This document shows positions 26,414 through 34,542 of a stretch of DNA of 58,986 bases, in pieces. The notes under the pieces are model-generated. The model searched no databases. It was not told where the DNA came from and saw only the letters and a list, made by a program, of their open reading frames with translations. The stretch comes from Candidatus Dojkabacteria bacterium (GTDB lineage Bacteria; Patescibacteriota; Dojkabacteria; SC72): NCBI GenBank assembly GCA_050943415.1, contig JBMNPD010000004.1:1-58986 (forward strand), in the 5' to 3' direction. The position numbers and the translations under genes were made by a program. Each line of letters starts with the position of its first letter. Position 1 is the first letter of the stretch.

Positions 26414-26866
26414 ATGAAGAATATTTTGCCAGAATTGGTAAACAAGGAAACCAAGACAGTGACGAACAGATTTAAAGGCTTTTCTAGACCTTTGCTTGGT
26501 TATGATATAGGAAATGGGAAAGTTCTGTATAATTTGACAGGGAGTCCTGTGGAGGTCGTTTTTGCTAATAATGCAAGAACGGTAGAAGCTTCTTGTTATA
26601 TTGCGAATATACGTATGCGTGAAAACAGAAATGTTGATACGCATCATATTGGTACACTTTTGGCACATAGTGTTGAACACTATGTTAAGGATCTTCCTGC
26701 TGAAGATGGAACTTCTTTGTTTATTGTATCCAGAGATGTCTTTCTATTTTGTAAAGAGCGAAAAGATTTATTAACCTTTTCAGAAAGGCAAGGTGACAGG
26801 ATTACAGATTCTGAAGATAATCTGATAGGTTCCCTTTCTTTACAAGGAAGATTTTTAAATGAATAA
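26414..26866 (+). CDS. hypothetical protein, paralogue of the 28928 gene
   Basis: Start moved to the ATG at 26414 behind the SD AAGGAGGTG. The C-terminal signature LFIVSRDV...DRITDSEDNLIGSLSLQ matches LFLIDKEV...DRIYNNRGGLVGVKYLQ in the 28928 product. Confidence 0.6.
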   Translation: MKNILPELVNKETKTVTNRFKGFSRPLLGYDIGNGKVLYNLTGSPVEVVFANNARTVEASCYIANIRMRENRNVDTHHIGTLLAHSVEHYVKDLPAEDGTSLFIVSRDVFLFCKERKDLLTFSERQGDRITDSEDNLIGSLSLQGRFLNE

Positions 26867-26872
26867 ATGACC

Positions 26873-26935
26873 TAGAAAGGTGTTGACATAAATAGTATTG
26901 AATATTTATATATTCATACAGTTAACACCTTTCTA
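26873..26935 (+). terminator. 15-bp long-loop hairpin downstream of the 26414 gene
   Basis: TAGAAAGGTGTTGAC (26873-26887) pairs with GTTAACACCTTTCTA (26921-26935) with one G-U. The loop has an inner GAATAT/ATATTC hairpin, and there is no U-tract. Confidence 0.35.
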
Positions 26936-27020
26936 ATGAAATCTACGCTATGGTAAATTCTTCAGATAGTCATGGATTATTTTGTTCCATGATATCTATT
27001 CGAATGGTAAACAGTTGTTA

Positions 27021-27854
27021 TTAGTTAGGTATAAAAGTATTATTTTTTGTAAAGATAATAACTCCTTCTTCTTGTTCTAAAACACCTTTCTTATTCTCAA
27101 TATACTGTAATATCTCATTTTGTATTTCGGTAGGTATGGAAACCCAATCGATATTTAAGTAAAACTCTATAATTGCTATCACTTCATCTAAATTTTCTTT
27201 GTATGGGAATTTTAATTCCGATTTATTAAATATTAATTCTGTATTACCAGATTTTCTTTTTAGTATCTGTAAAGCTTTTGTATAGTTTCTTGGTTGCCAA
27301 TCTTTAGGATATCTACTAGGAACTAATTTTCTTTTAAATCTTTGCTTAAAATCTGTTACTTCATCTATCCCCCTTTCTATCCATATTAAAGTACCAGAAT
27401 CTTTTAGAAGAGAGATGAGTTGTGATAGAAATGCTGAATATTCAGTTTCAGGAAAATGATATAGATGTGAGGCAAGGATAATATCAAATTTGTCATTGTT
27501 TTCAATACAGAACTCTTCAAAAGTTTTGTTAATAGCTTTGTATTCTTTATGTTGTTGAATATTCTTTTTTAATTTGTTGAAAAGTTTTGTAGCTGGTTCT
27601 AAAAATATTATCTCAAAGTCATTTCCTTTAGGAAGAGATTGTAGGAGATATGATCCATCTCCTGAACCAACATCTAAGACTTTTACTTTATTGTCTTTAA
27701 ATCTGGAGAGTATTTTACGAAGTTGAATAATTGAAACATCTTTTTCATTTGAATATTTAATATATATTTCAAAAGGAATTAGATTATTAACTTTTTGTTT
27801 GTATTGATGATTATGGGTAGATAGGTGAGCTTGTATAAAACGAATATTAACCAT
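27021..27854 (-). CDS. class I SAM-dependent methyltransferase
   Basis: Motif I is VLDVGSGDGSYLL, followed by IFLEP and FDIILASHLYHF. It overlaps the upstream gene by 8 nt. Confidence 0.75.
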   Translation of the reverse strand: MVNIRFIQAHLSTHNHQYKQKVNNLIPFEIYIKYSNEKDVSIIQLRKILSRFKDNKVKVLDVGSGDGSYLLQSLPKGNDFEIIFLEPATKLFNKLKKNIQQHKEYKAINKTFEEFCIENNDKFDIILASHLYHFPETEYSAFLSQLISLLKDSGTLIWIERGIDEVTDFKQRFKRKLVPSRYPKDWQPRNYTKALQILKRKSGNTELIFNKSELKFPYKENLDEVIAIIEFYLNIDWVSIPTEIQNEILQYIENKKGVLEQEEGVIIFTKNNTFIPN

Positions 27855-28767
27855 TTATCCATTTCATAAACTTATCTCTAACCTCGTTAATATTTAAAGA
27901 ATTTGTGGTTTCAAGCAAAGCATATTCAAACTGCTTTCCTTCTATTTCTCTTAATCTGCTTTTAACAGTATCTTGTGGTATTTTATTTAACTTAATATCG
28001 TTTAATAAGGAGTAATATTCTGTATATGTTTTGTGCATTTCTTTGTTTAATATTGTTGGTTCAAACTTATTCTTAGGTAATTCATCATTTCTTTTTTGAT
28101 ATTCTGGAGATTTTTGAATAAGTTCTATCATTTTTTCTACTCCATACTCCTGATGTATCCAGAGAAGTAGTGCTTGTCCTGTCCTAGATTCTGCAGTATT
28201 TAATTTTTCTTCGTATGTTGTAACATTTTTGAAATCAAAACATCTATTAAATATCTCTGGTTTAGTAATTTGAAGTTGTTTTAATTCTTGCTTTGTTGAT
28301 TCTATGGGGAGAGTCTCTGTTGTATTTTCTACTAATTTTGCCCACCCTTCATCTATGGTTCTTGTTGCAGCTTGTCTTTCTTGATTAGTAATAGACCACA
28401 TAGCGATATGTGCAAATTCGTGTCTAAGAGTTATTTGCAGTCCTGGATATGCTATACCTCTTGTATGTAATTCTTGCAGATATATTTGTTCTTTTTCTTC
28501 TGTGGAGAATCTTTTGTCATATACTATCTCTACAGGTTCAAATTTACTTGGATATACTTCTACATGTCCTAAAAGAAGATTTTCTTTTCCTTCGTTACTA
28601 GCCTCATTTTCTTTAAATAATATTTTTGTATTAGGAAGGTCATAAGTATCAATGCCTAGTGTATTAAGAGAGGTATCTAACTGATGAAGGGTGTTTACAA
28701 TAGTTTCAGTTCTATAACTAGAAGTAATTTTATCTTCAATATTACTTGGTCTAGATTCGAGTTCCAT
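27847..28767 (-). CDS. putative gluzincin (MA-clan) metallopeptidase
   Basis: Has HEFAH followed 19 residues after the second His by the Glu of DEGWA (an HExxH...E(G)xA arrangement as in M1-like/peptidase_MA_2). Confidence 0.55.
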   Translation of the reverse strand: MELESRPSNIEDKITSSYRTETIVNTLHQLDTSLNTLGIDTYDLPNTKILFKENEASNEGKENLLLGHVEVYPSKFEPVEIVYDKRFSTEEKEQIYLQELHTRGIAYPGLQITLRHEFAHIAMWSITNQERQAATRTIDEGWAKLVENTTETLPIESTKQELKQLQITKPEIFNRCFDFKNVTTYEEKLNTAESRTGQALLLWIHQEYGVEKMIELIQKSPEYQKRNDELPKNKFEPTILNKEMHKTYTEYYSLLNDIKLNKIPQDTVKSRLREIEGKQFEYALLETTNSLNINEVRDKFMKWING

Positions 28768-28868
28768 ATGAACTATTGTACCACATAAGCATTTTGTGTT
28801 GAAAATATTTATTTTTGTATAAAGTGTAGTATTGCATATATTCTGTTGGAATGTTGTGTAATTATGTA

Positions 28869-28877
28869 TGGTATAAT
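28869..28877 (+). promoter_or_regulatory. extended -10 promoter TGgTATAAT
   Basis: TG is at 28869-28870 and TATAAT at 28872-28877. The leader of about 45 nt ends in the duplicated SD ATAGGAG ATAGGAG (28906-28919) before the ATG at 28928. Confidence 0.5.
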
Positions 28878-28927
28878 CGCAGATAGACTAGATCTTTAAA
28901 TCATAATAGGAGATAGGAGGAAAAGAA

Positions 28928-29356
28928 ATGTCCTGTGAGAAAGGGTTTGTTGAGGTAATTCTTTCTGATAACACCAAAAGGAAAGTAGAAGTAGTAGATA
29001 TTGATGGTGTAAAGATAATAAATCTCTTATCCTTGCCAACTTCTTTGCAGGTAGAATCTGATGATGGTAAGTTTTTCAGTATACCAAAATCGGAAATTGT
29101 CGCACGGATAATCGAAAGGTTTGTTACATCAGGTCCTTCCTTTGTAAAGAAAAAGATTTTCGAAATTTGGGGATTGCCAGCTGTTATTAATGCCAATTGG
29201 CTATTCTTGATTGATAAAGAAGTAGCTGGGATGGTTGCCAGTATTATTGGTGCTAACCATGTAGTTACAATCCCAGATGCACCAGAAGATCGGATTTACA
29301 ACAACCGAGGTGGCTTGGTTGGAGTGAAATATCTACAACGAGTAGATGTAAAATAA
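28928..29356 (+). CDS. hypothetical protein, paralogue of the 26414 gene
   Basis: 142 aa with a strong SD. It shares the C-terminal signature of the 26414 product. Confidence 0.6.
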   Translation: MSCEKGFVEVILSDNTKRKVEVVDIDGVKIINLLSLPTSLQVESDDGKFFSIPKSEIVARIIERFVTSGPSFVKKKIFEIWGLPAVINANWLFLIDKEVAGMVASIIGANHVVTIPDAPEDRIYNNRGGLVGVKYLQRVDVK

Positions 29357-29372
29357 AGAATAGTCTATAAAA

Positions 29373-29430
29373 GTGTGGTTCTAGCATATTTTGAGTATTG
29401 CTCATTTTGTGTTAGAACTACACAGTTTTT
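29373..29430 (+). terminator. Rho-independent terminator candidate
   Basis: GTGTGGTTCTAGC (29373-29385) pairs with GTTAGAACTACAC (29411-29423) with two G-U pairs. It is followed by AGTTTTTCATTTTT. Confidence 0.5.
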
Positions 29431-29503
29431 CATTTTTGAAGAATTTTTGTTTCTTGAATATATACTTAGTTATTGTTGTAATAGAGTGTAGTATAATCAA
29501 AGT

Positions 29504-30076
29504 ATGAACGAAATGCCAAAATCAGAAAGTGAACTTACTGAGGTTGAAAAGTATCTAACTTCAGGTCCTCAAACAGAAATAACTCCTGAGATAGAGAAGT
29601 TGACATCTGATATTACTGGAACAGTTTTAGAAAAGACCAGAAAGATATTTAATCTTGGAGAGTCAATAATGCGTGTTGAAGATTTTGATGAGAATGTGTT
29701 TAGAAAAAGAACTGCTTCTGAAATAATAAAGAGTAAATATGTTACTGGTTGTACAGATGCAGCTTTGGCATTCTTAGTTATTGCTAGAGCTACAGGTATT
29801 CCTGCTAAATATGTGGAAACGATAGATACCGAATGGTTAAGAAGAGGTGATGATAAATATTCTGGACATATATATGTCCGAATATTTGATAATTCTAAAG
29901 ATGATTGGATATTGATAGACCCTATGAAGAGAAAAATCGATATGTCTGTTCCCAAAGATAGAGTTATTTACAAAGAAGGTCTTGATTCTTGGGATATAGG
30001 GATTAAAGATTTTGAGACATTAAAGAAAGCATTTGATAGTTTTAGAGATAAATGGTTGGTATCAAATTCTGAGTAA
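29504..30076 (+). CDS. transglutaminase-like cysteine protease domain protein
   Basis: Has the Cys in VTGCTDAALAF, the His in YSGHIYVRI and the Asp in WILIDP (a C-H-D triad order). A TATAAT at 29492-29497 lies 6 nt before the ATG. Confidence 0.6.
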   Translation: MNEMPKSESELTEVEKYLTSGPQTEITPEIEKLTSDITGTVLEKTRKIFNLGESIMRVEDFDENVFRKRTASEIIKSKYVTGCTDAALAFLVIARATGIPAKYVETIDTEWLRRGDDKYSGHIYVRIFDNSKDDWILIDPMKRKIDMSVPKDRVIYKEGLDSWDIGIKDFETLKKAFDSFRDKWLVSNSE

Positions 30077-30101
30077 CTTAATAGATATATAATCATAGAG
30101 T

Positions 30102-30986
30102 ATGAAAATTAGTAAGAAAGAAGCTAAATCTGTTCTAACTAGTAGCAAATTACCTGGATCTGACTATGTTGTAAATCCATACTCAGGATGTGCTTTTGGT
30201 TGTGTATATTGCTATGCAGATTTTACTAGAAAGTTCACAGGTCATATGAATGATAAATGGGGTGAGTATGTAGATATTAAAGCAAATACTCCTGAAATAT
30301 TTGAAAAAGAATTGGAGAAACTGTCTAAGAAGATTGTAAAGAAAAATGAATTCAAGAAAGGAGATAAACCAGTAATATTCTTTGGATCTGTTACTGATCC
30401 ATATCAAGGTGTTGAAGCTAAGTATCAACTAACTAGAAAATGTTTGGAGATAGTTTCTAGGAGTTCTGTTAGAGATGATATAGAGATATCTTTGTTAACA
30501 AAATCTCCACTAGTTACTAGAGATATAGATATATTTAAAAAGATTCCTAATTTAGGAATAGGGATAACAGTAACATCTACTGATGATGAGGTAAGTAAGA
30601 TGTTTGAGAGTAATGCACCACCTAGTTCTTTAAGAATAAAGGCTTTAAAAGAATTAAATAGGGAAAGAATAAATACATATGCTTTTGTTGGACCTCTTCT
30701 ACCTCATTTTGTTGCTAATATGTGGTCTCTAGATAAATTATTTAAAAGTATAAAAGAGGCTGGTACGGATAAAGTATGGGTTGAACATATCAATCTGACA
30801 GGAAAGAAAATGGATAGGTTGATGGAGTTAGTCGGAGATAGATTAAATAAAGATGAGTATGAGTTGTTTGTTAGTTCTCAAACAGACGAGTATAAAGAAA
30901 AGTTAAATAGGATAGTTATGGAACTTGTTAAGAAATACGATTTGGAATTAATTGGAGGAAAGGTAATAGATCATATTAAGTTGTAG
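30102..30986 (+). CDS. radical SAM protein (SplB/DNA photolyase-like COG1533 type)
   Basis: Has the CxxxCxxC motif in SGCAFGCVYCYA near the N-terminus. It is 294 aa. Confidence 0.7.
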   Translation: MKISKKEAKSVLTSSKLPGSDYVVNPYSGCAFGCVYCYADFTRKFTGHMNDKWGEYVDIKANTPEIFEKELEKLSKKIVKKNEFKKGDKPVIFFGSVTDPYQGVEAKYQLTRKCLEIVSRSSVRDDIEISLLTKSPLVTRDIDIFKKIPNLGIGITVTSTDDEVSKMFESNAPPSSLRIKALKELNRERINTYAFVGPLLPHFVANMWSLDKLFKSIKEAGTDKVWVEHINLTGKKMDRLMELVGDRLNKDEYELFVSSQTDEYKEKLNRIVMELVKKYDLELIGGKVIDHIKL

Positions 30987-31012
30987 GAAGTGGTAAATGT
31001 TTGAAATAGTAT

Positions 31013-31621
31013 TTATTGAATAATTTCTAATTCTTTCATCTTCTTAATTGCTTTGTCAAAAAGATATTTCATATGAGGTTCTATACTAAGTTCTACCATT
31101 TGATTTACATCTACCCATTTAACACCACTATTTTCTTCCTCTTGTATATGTAAATTTTGTTTTTCATCAGCTTCAAAAACATAAGCAACGCTTAAGTGTA
31201 CGTGAGCGGGAACATATAGACCTCTTTTTACATGTCCAAGTACAGGTAGAGTATCTAGTACAAAAATGTCTTCTGATATTGGTTTTACATTTTTAAGCCC
31301 TGATTCTTCTAGAGCTTCTTTTATTGCAACGGCAAGTAAATCTGGATCTCCATCTGCATGACCACCCATCCATCCCCAAGAGTTATATATATTATGATAA
31401 ATCATTACCACTTTTGTTCTTTGTTTGTTAAGTACAAAAGCAGAGGAAGTTAGATGTCCGTACTCGTTTTCTCTAGTAAGACAATTATCAAAAGAATTGA
31501 GATATTTTAGAAATACTTCTTTATCTTTTTCTTCTTGAGAGTTATATGGTTTGTAGTTTTCTATTTGTTTTAGTATATGCATGACTAGGACTATTCTATC
31601 TCTTCTGAAGTCTTCTAACAA
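31013..31621 (-). CDS. NUDIX hydrolase
   Basis: The Nudix box is GGHADGDPDLLAVAIKEALEESGL. An alternative ATG start is at 31582. Confidence 0.75.
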   Translation of the reverse strand: MLEDFRRDRIVLVMHILKQIENYKPYNSQEEKDKEVFLKYLNSFDNCLTRENEYGHLTSSAFVLNKQRTKVVMIYHNIYNSWGWMGGHADGDPDLLAVAIKEALEESGLKNVKPISEDIFVLDTLPVLGHVKRGLYVPAHVHLSVAYVFEADEKQNLHIQEEENSGVKWVDVNQMVELSIEPHMKYLFDKAIKKMKELEIIQ

Positions 31622-31668
31622 GAGGTATAATTTTTGCCTTTTAAAGTGTTAAGCAGTATATTATCACC

Positions 31669-32523
31669 ATGAGTAGTAACCCTTTCATATCGGAAAAAGT
31701 TAAATTCAAAAAAGTATTGAAAGTTTTAGCAATAGCTTTGCCTGTAGTAATAATATTTGTAATATGTAATAACCATTTTAACCTAATAGATGGTTTTTTT
31801 GGAAAAAAATATCAAACCAAAAAAGTAGAGAAAGAGAATGTCTTAGGAAAAGAGATTGTAGATTTATCAGATTCAGAAGCTGACTATACAGAGTGGTTTT
31901 ACAATGAAGCAGATAGAGTTGTTGATAATTATGATTTTGATGGTAAAGAAATTAAGTCTTTGATACAGATACCAACTTACAAGTTTGTTGCTAACAAGGA
32001 TATATATGAGGAGAGTTACAATCTTTCTTCTGGCGATATCATTGGTGTAAGTTGTAACAAACTAAAAAGTGAAGGTTCTTCTGAATATGAAGTATATGAT
32101 GTTCATTTTTGTAATGTTTTACTAAATTCGAAAGAAGTTTTTACTGCATGGAGTTGGACAGATAATATTGAGATTAGTCCACATATAACAATATTTGATA
32201 ATGAAGATTTAGAATATCCATTGATTGTAGTAGGGGAAGAGTTTGGATCAGGTAGTAGAGATAATGTGTCAGTATATAAGGTTGTAGATAAAGAATTGGT
32301 TCAGTTTGCATATAATGATAATGGTGAAATTTCAAAAACTCGGTATGTTGATCCGTATGTAAAGATATATGTTAAAGATAATCAAGAATATCTAATTACC
32401 TATTTTCATGATCCAGCTATGAGTGCGAAATCTCTTACTAGAATATGGAAGGTAGAAGGTAGTAACTTAAATCTTGTTGAAACAATATTAGAAAAGGGAG
32501 AAGCTAGTTCGTTGTTGTATTAG
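31669..32523 (+). CDS. membrane-anchored hypothetical protein
   Basis: 284 aa with a single N-terminal TM helix (VLAIALPVVIIFVI). No motif was recognised. Confidence 0.5.
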   Translation: MSSNPFISEKVKFKKVLKVLAIALPVVIIFVICNNHFNLIDGFFGKKYQTKKVEKENVLGKEIVDLSDSEADYTEWFYNEADRVVDNYDFDGKEIKSLIQIPTYKFVANKDIYEESYNLSSGDIIGVSCNKLKSEGSSEYEVYDVHFCNVLLNSKEVFTAWSWTDNIEISPHITIFDNEDLEYPLIVVGEEFGSGSRDNVSVYKVVDKELVQFAYNDNGEISKTRYVDPYVKIYVKDNQEYLITYFHDPAMSAKSLTRIWKVEGSNLNLVETILEKGEASSLLY

Positions 32524-32538
32524 TAGAAATGAGAATGT

Positions 32539-32877
32539 ATGATTAAAAATAACTTTATTTCTCAACCTATGGAATATAATAAGCTTGTTAGAGATAAAAT
32601 ACCTGAAATAATTAATGGTAAGGGTGTAATAGCTAAAACACATATTGCTTCAGATGAAGAATATAAGAGTAAGTTAAGAGAGAAGTTGTTAGAAGAGGTA
32701 CAAGAATATTTGGAAGATCCATGTGTTGAAGAATTAGCTGATATATTAGAAGTTGTTTATGCTTTATCTCTTTTAGAAGGTGTAAACAGAGAACAATTAG
32801 AAGAAGTAAGGAAAAAGAAAGCTGATGAGAGAGGAGGCTTTAAACAAAAGATTATACTTGAGAGTACTAATGATTAA
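32539..32877 (+). CDS. MazG-like house-cleaning NTP pyrophosphohydrolase (COG4997 type)
   Basis: Has YNKLVRDKIPEII, EEVQEY, EELADILEV and ERGGF. It is 112 aa. Confidence 0.7.
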   Translation: MIKNNFISQPMEYNKLVRDKIPEIINGKGVIAKTHIASDEEYKSKLREKLLEEVQEYLEDPCVEELADILEVVYALSLLEGVNREQLEEVRKKKADERGGFKQKIILESTND

Positions 32878-33039
32878 CTTTTGAAGATTTATTTGCTTGA
32901 GCATTCCTACTGTTTTCATATGGGTTGATTTTAAAATAGTTATTACTTAAACATTAAACAGCTGATTAAGATTTGTTTTGCATAATGTTTTTATTTGGTA
33001 TACAATTTGTCGGAATTTAAAATAACTTAGAGTATATGT

Positions 33040-34542
33040 ATGATGGAGAAATCTTCTAGTTGTGAACGTAATCAGTCTAATTCAAATTCAACAGGAAATA
33101 CTCTTGAGGAAATACAGACCTCTACACGTTCTGAAGAACATGATGATTATTTAGAGAAATTAAAAAAAGACTTTGGAGAAAAGAAAACACAAGATTCACC
33201 CGAAAGAGAATTATCTGATCCTACATTTGAAAATGCGCTTGCAAATGCACTTAAGGAAGCCAAATTACCTGAAGATATCTCTAATCTTTCTGAAGAGAAT
33301 AAATCTTTATATGAATCTGAATATCTAAAAGAAGATAAATATGGGTTTGCTCCTAAAATAGATAAAGAGATATTTAATGAAATAGCTTCACATCAAAAAT
33401 CTTTTGAAAAAGTATGCTTGTCATTAATGTCTAATTATATTGTACCTAATGGAGAGTTCTCGGATGTTGATGAAAAAAATCCATTTTTCTTCTCTCCAAG
33501 AACATTAGATATTATATCTAATAAAGTTATACTACCACTAATTAAAGATTTAGAAAAAATTCTTGGTAATGTAGATGCTGAACAGGGCAAGGAGTACTCT
33601 TGGAAAGAAATGCATATATCTGGAATTTTAAACAAACTTATAGCATTTGAATCTTTTAAGATGAGTAGGATAATGTCAACTAGAGCTAGAAAACATATAG
33701 AGAAGTATTTCAACGATGGAGATACTATTAGGGTGAAAGAGTATTGTACAGGTGCTGGAATCAATACAGCTCTTTTGTGTAAGTCATTAGAAAGAACAGG
33801 GAAGAAAATTCAAATACATACCGTAGATAATGCTATTGAATCGGTAGCTTGTTCAGCAGGCCTACTCTCATCAATTGGAATACCTGTGAGAATAGTATTA
33901 GATTCTTCAGAGGATGAAACTGATTTTAATGGAGTAACAATATTTTTTGATACAGCTATGCATTTTGCTCAAAGAGAATCTAAATCGAAATATCATATAA
34001 TAGCTACGGATTGTGGGCTAAATTATCTTGATGAAAATGCAGATATACTTAGAAAAACAAAAGAGTATCTTGTTGAAAATGGCTTAGTTCAAATTAGTAC
34101 ATTAGATCCTAAGGTTGAGGCAAAAATGTCCAAAATAAAGGTGCTGTCTACTTTGTTTTTTGGTAATCTCCCAAAGATGTTTAAGAAAAACCATAAAGAA
34201 AATAAGATATATGATTTGGATAAGGGAAAAAGGGAAAGTGGTGAGGAAATCTCAATAATTACACAAGTATTTACTGCTGCAACGTCTCTACAGTATCATC
34301 TACTTCAGTACTTGCTCAGGAATGATAGACATCTTTTTAAGATTTATTTGAAAGGATCCCAAACTTCTGGTGATTTGTCACGGGCTTTGTCTAAAAAAAT
34401 CATCGTTGATTTGAGGGATTCAGAAGCTGTTTTGAAGGAACTCTACCCAGATGGAAAATATACATATCTTCCATCTTATGAAGAACAACCAGTATATTTA
34501 ATTAGAGTATTAGAATTAAATACAGCTAAAGAAAATGAATAG
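33040..34542 (+). CDS. hypothetical protein with class I methyltransferase-like core
   Basis: Has an acidic, disordered N-terminus. It then shows VKEYCTGAGINT (motif I-like), IHTVDNA, IIATDCGLNY and LVENGLVQIS. Confidence 0.45.
   Translation: MMEKSSSCERNQSNSNSTGNTLEEIQTSTRSEEHDDYLEKLKKDFGEKKTQDSPERELSDPTFENALANALKEAKLPEDISNLSEENKSLYESEYLKEDKYGFAPKIDKEIFNEIASHQKSFEKVCLSLMSNYIVPNGEFSDVDEKNPFFFSPRTLDIISNKVILPLIKDLEKILGNVDAEQGKEYSWKEMHISGILNKLIAFESFKMSRIMSTRARKHIEKYFNDGDTIRVKEYCTGAGINTALLCKSLERTGKKIQIHTVDNAIESVACSAGLLSSIGIPVRIVLDSSEDETDFNGVTIFFDTAMHFAQRESKSKYHIIATDCGLNYLDENADILRKTKEYLVENGLVQISTLDPKVEAKMSKIKVLSTLFFGNLPKMFKKNHKENKIYDLDKGKRESGEEISIITQVFTAATSLQYHLLQYLLRNDRHLFKIYLKGSQTSGDLSRALSKKIIVDLRDSEAVLKELYPDGKYTYLPSYEEQPVYLIRVLELNTAKENE

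Noticed and set aside
25560-26680. Track ORFs 25560-25928 (+), 25894-26304 (+) and 26309-26680 (-) in the island region.
   Set aside because: The translations are Cys/Phe/Leu-rich nonsense. They overlap the better-supported basic-protein gene (25791-26291, -) and the 26414 gene, which has a strong SD and a paralogue. The first also spans hairpins and repeats.
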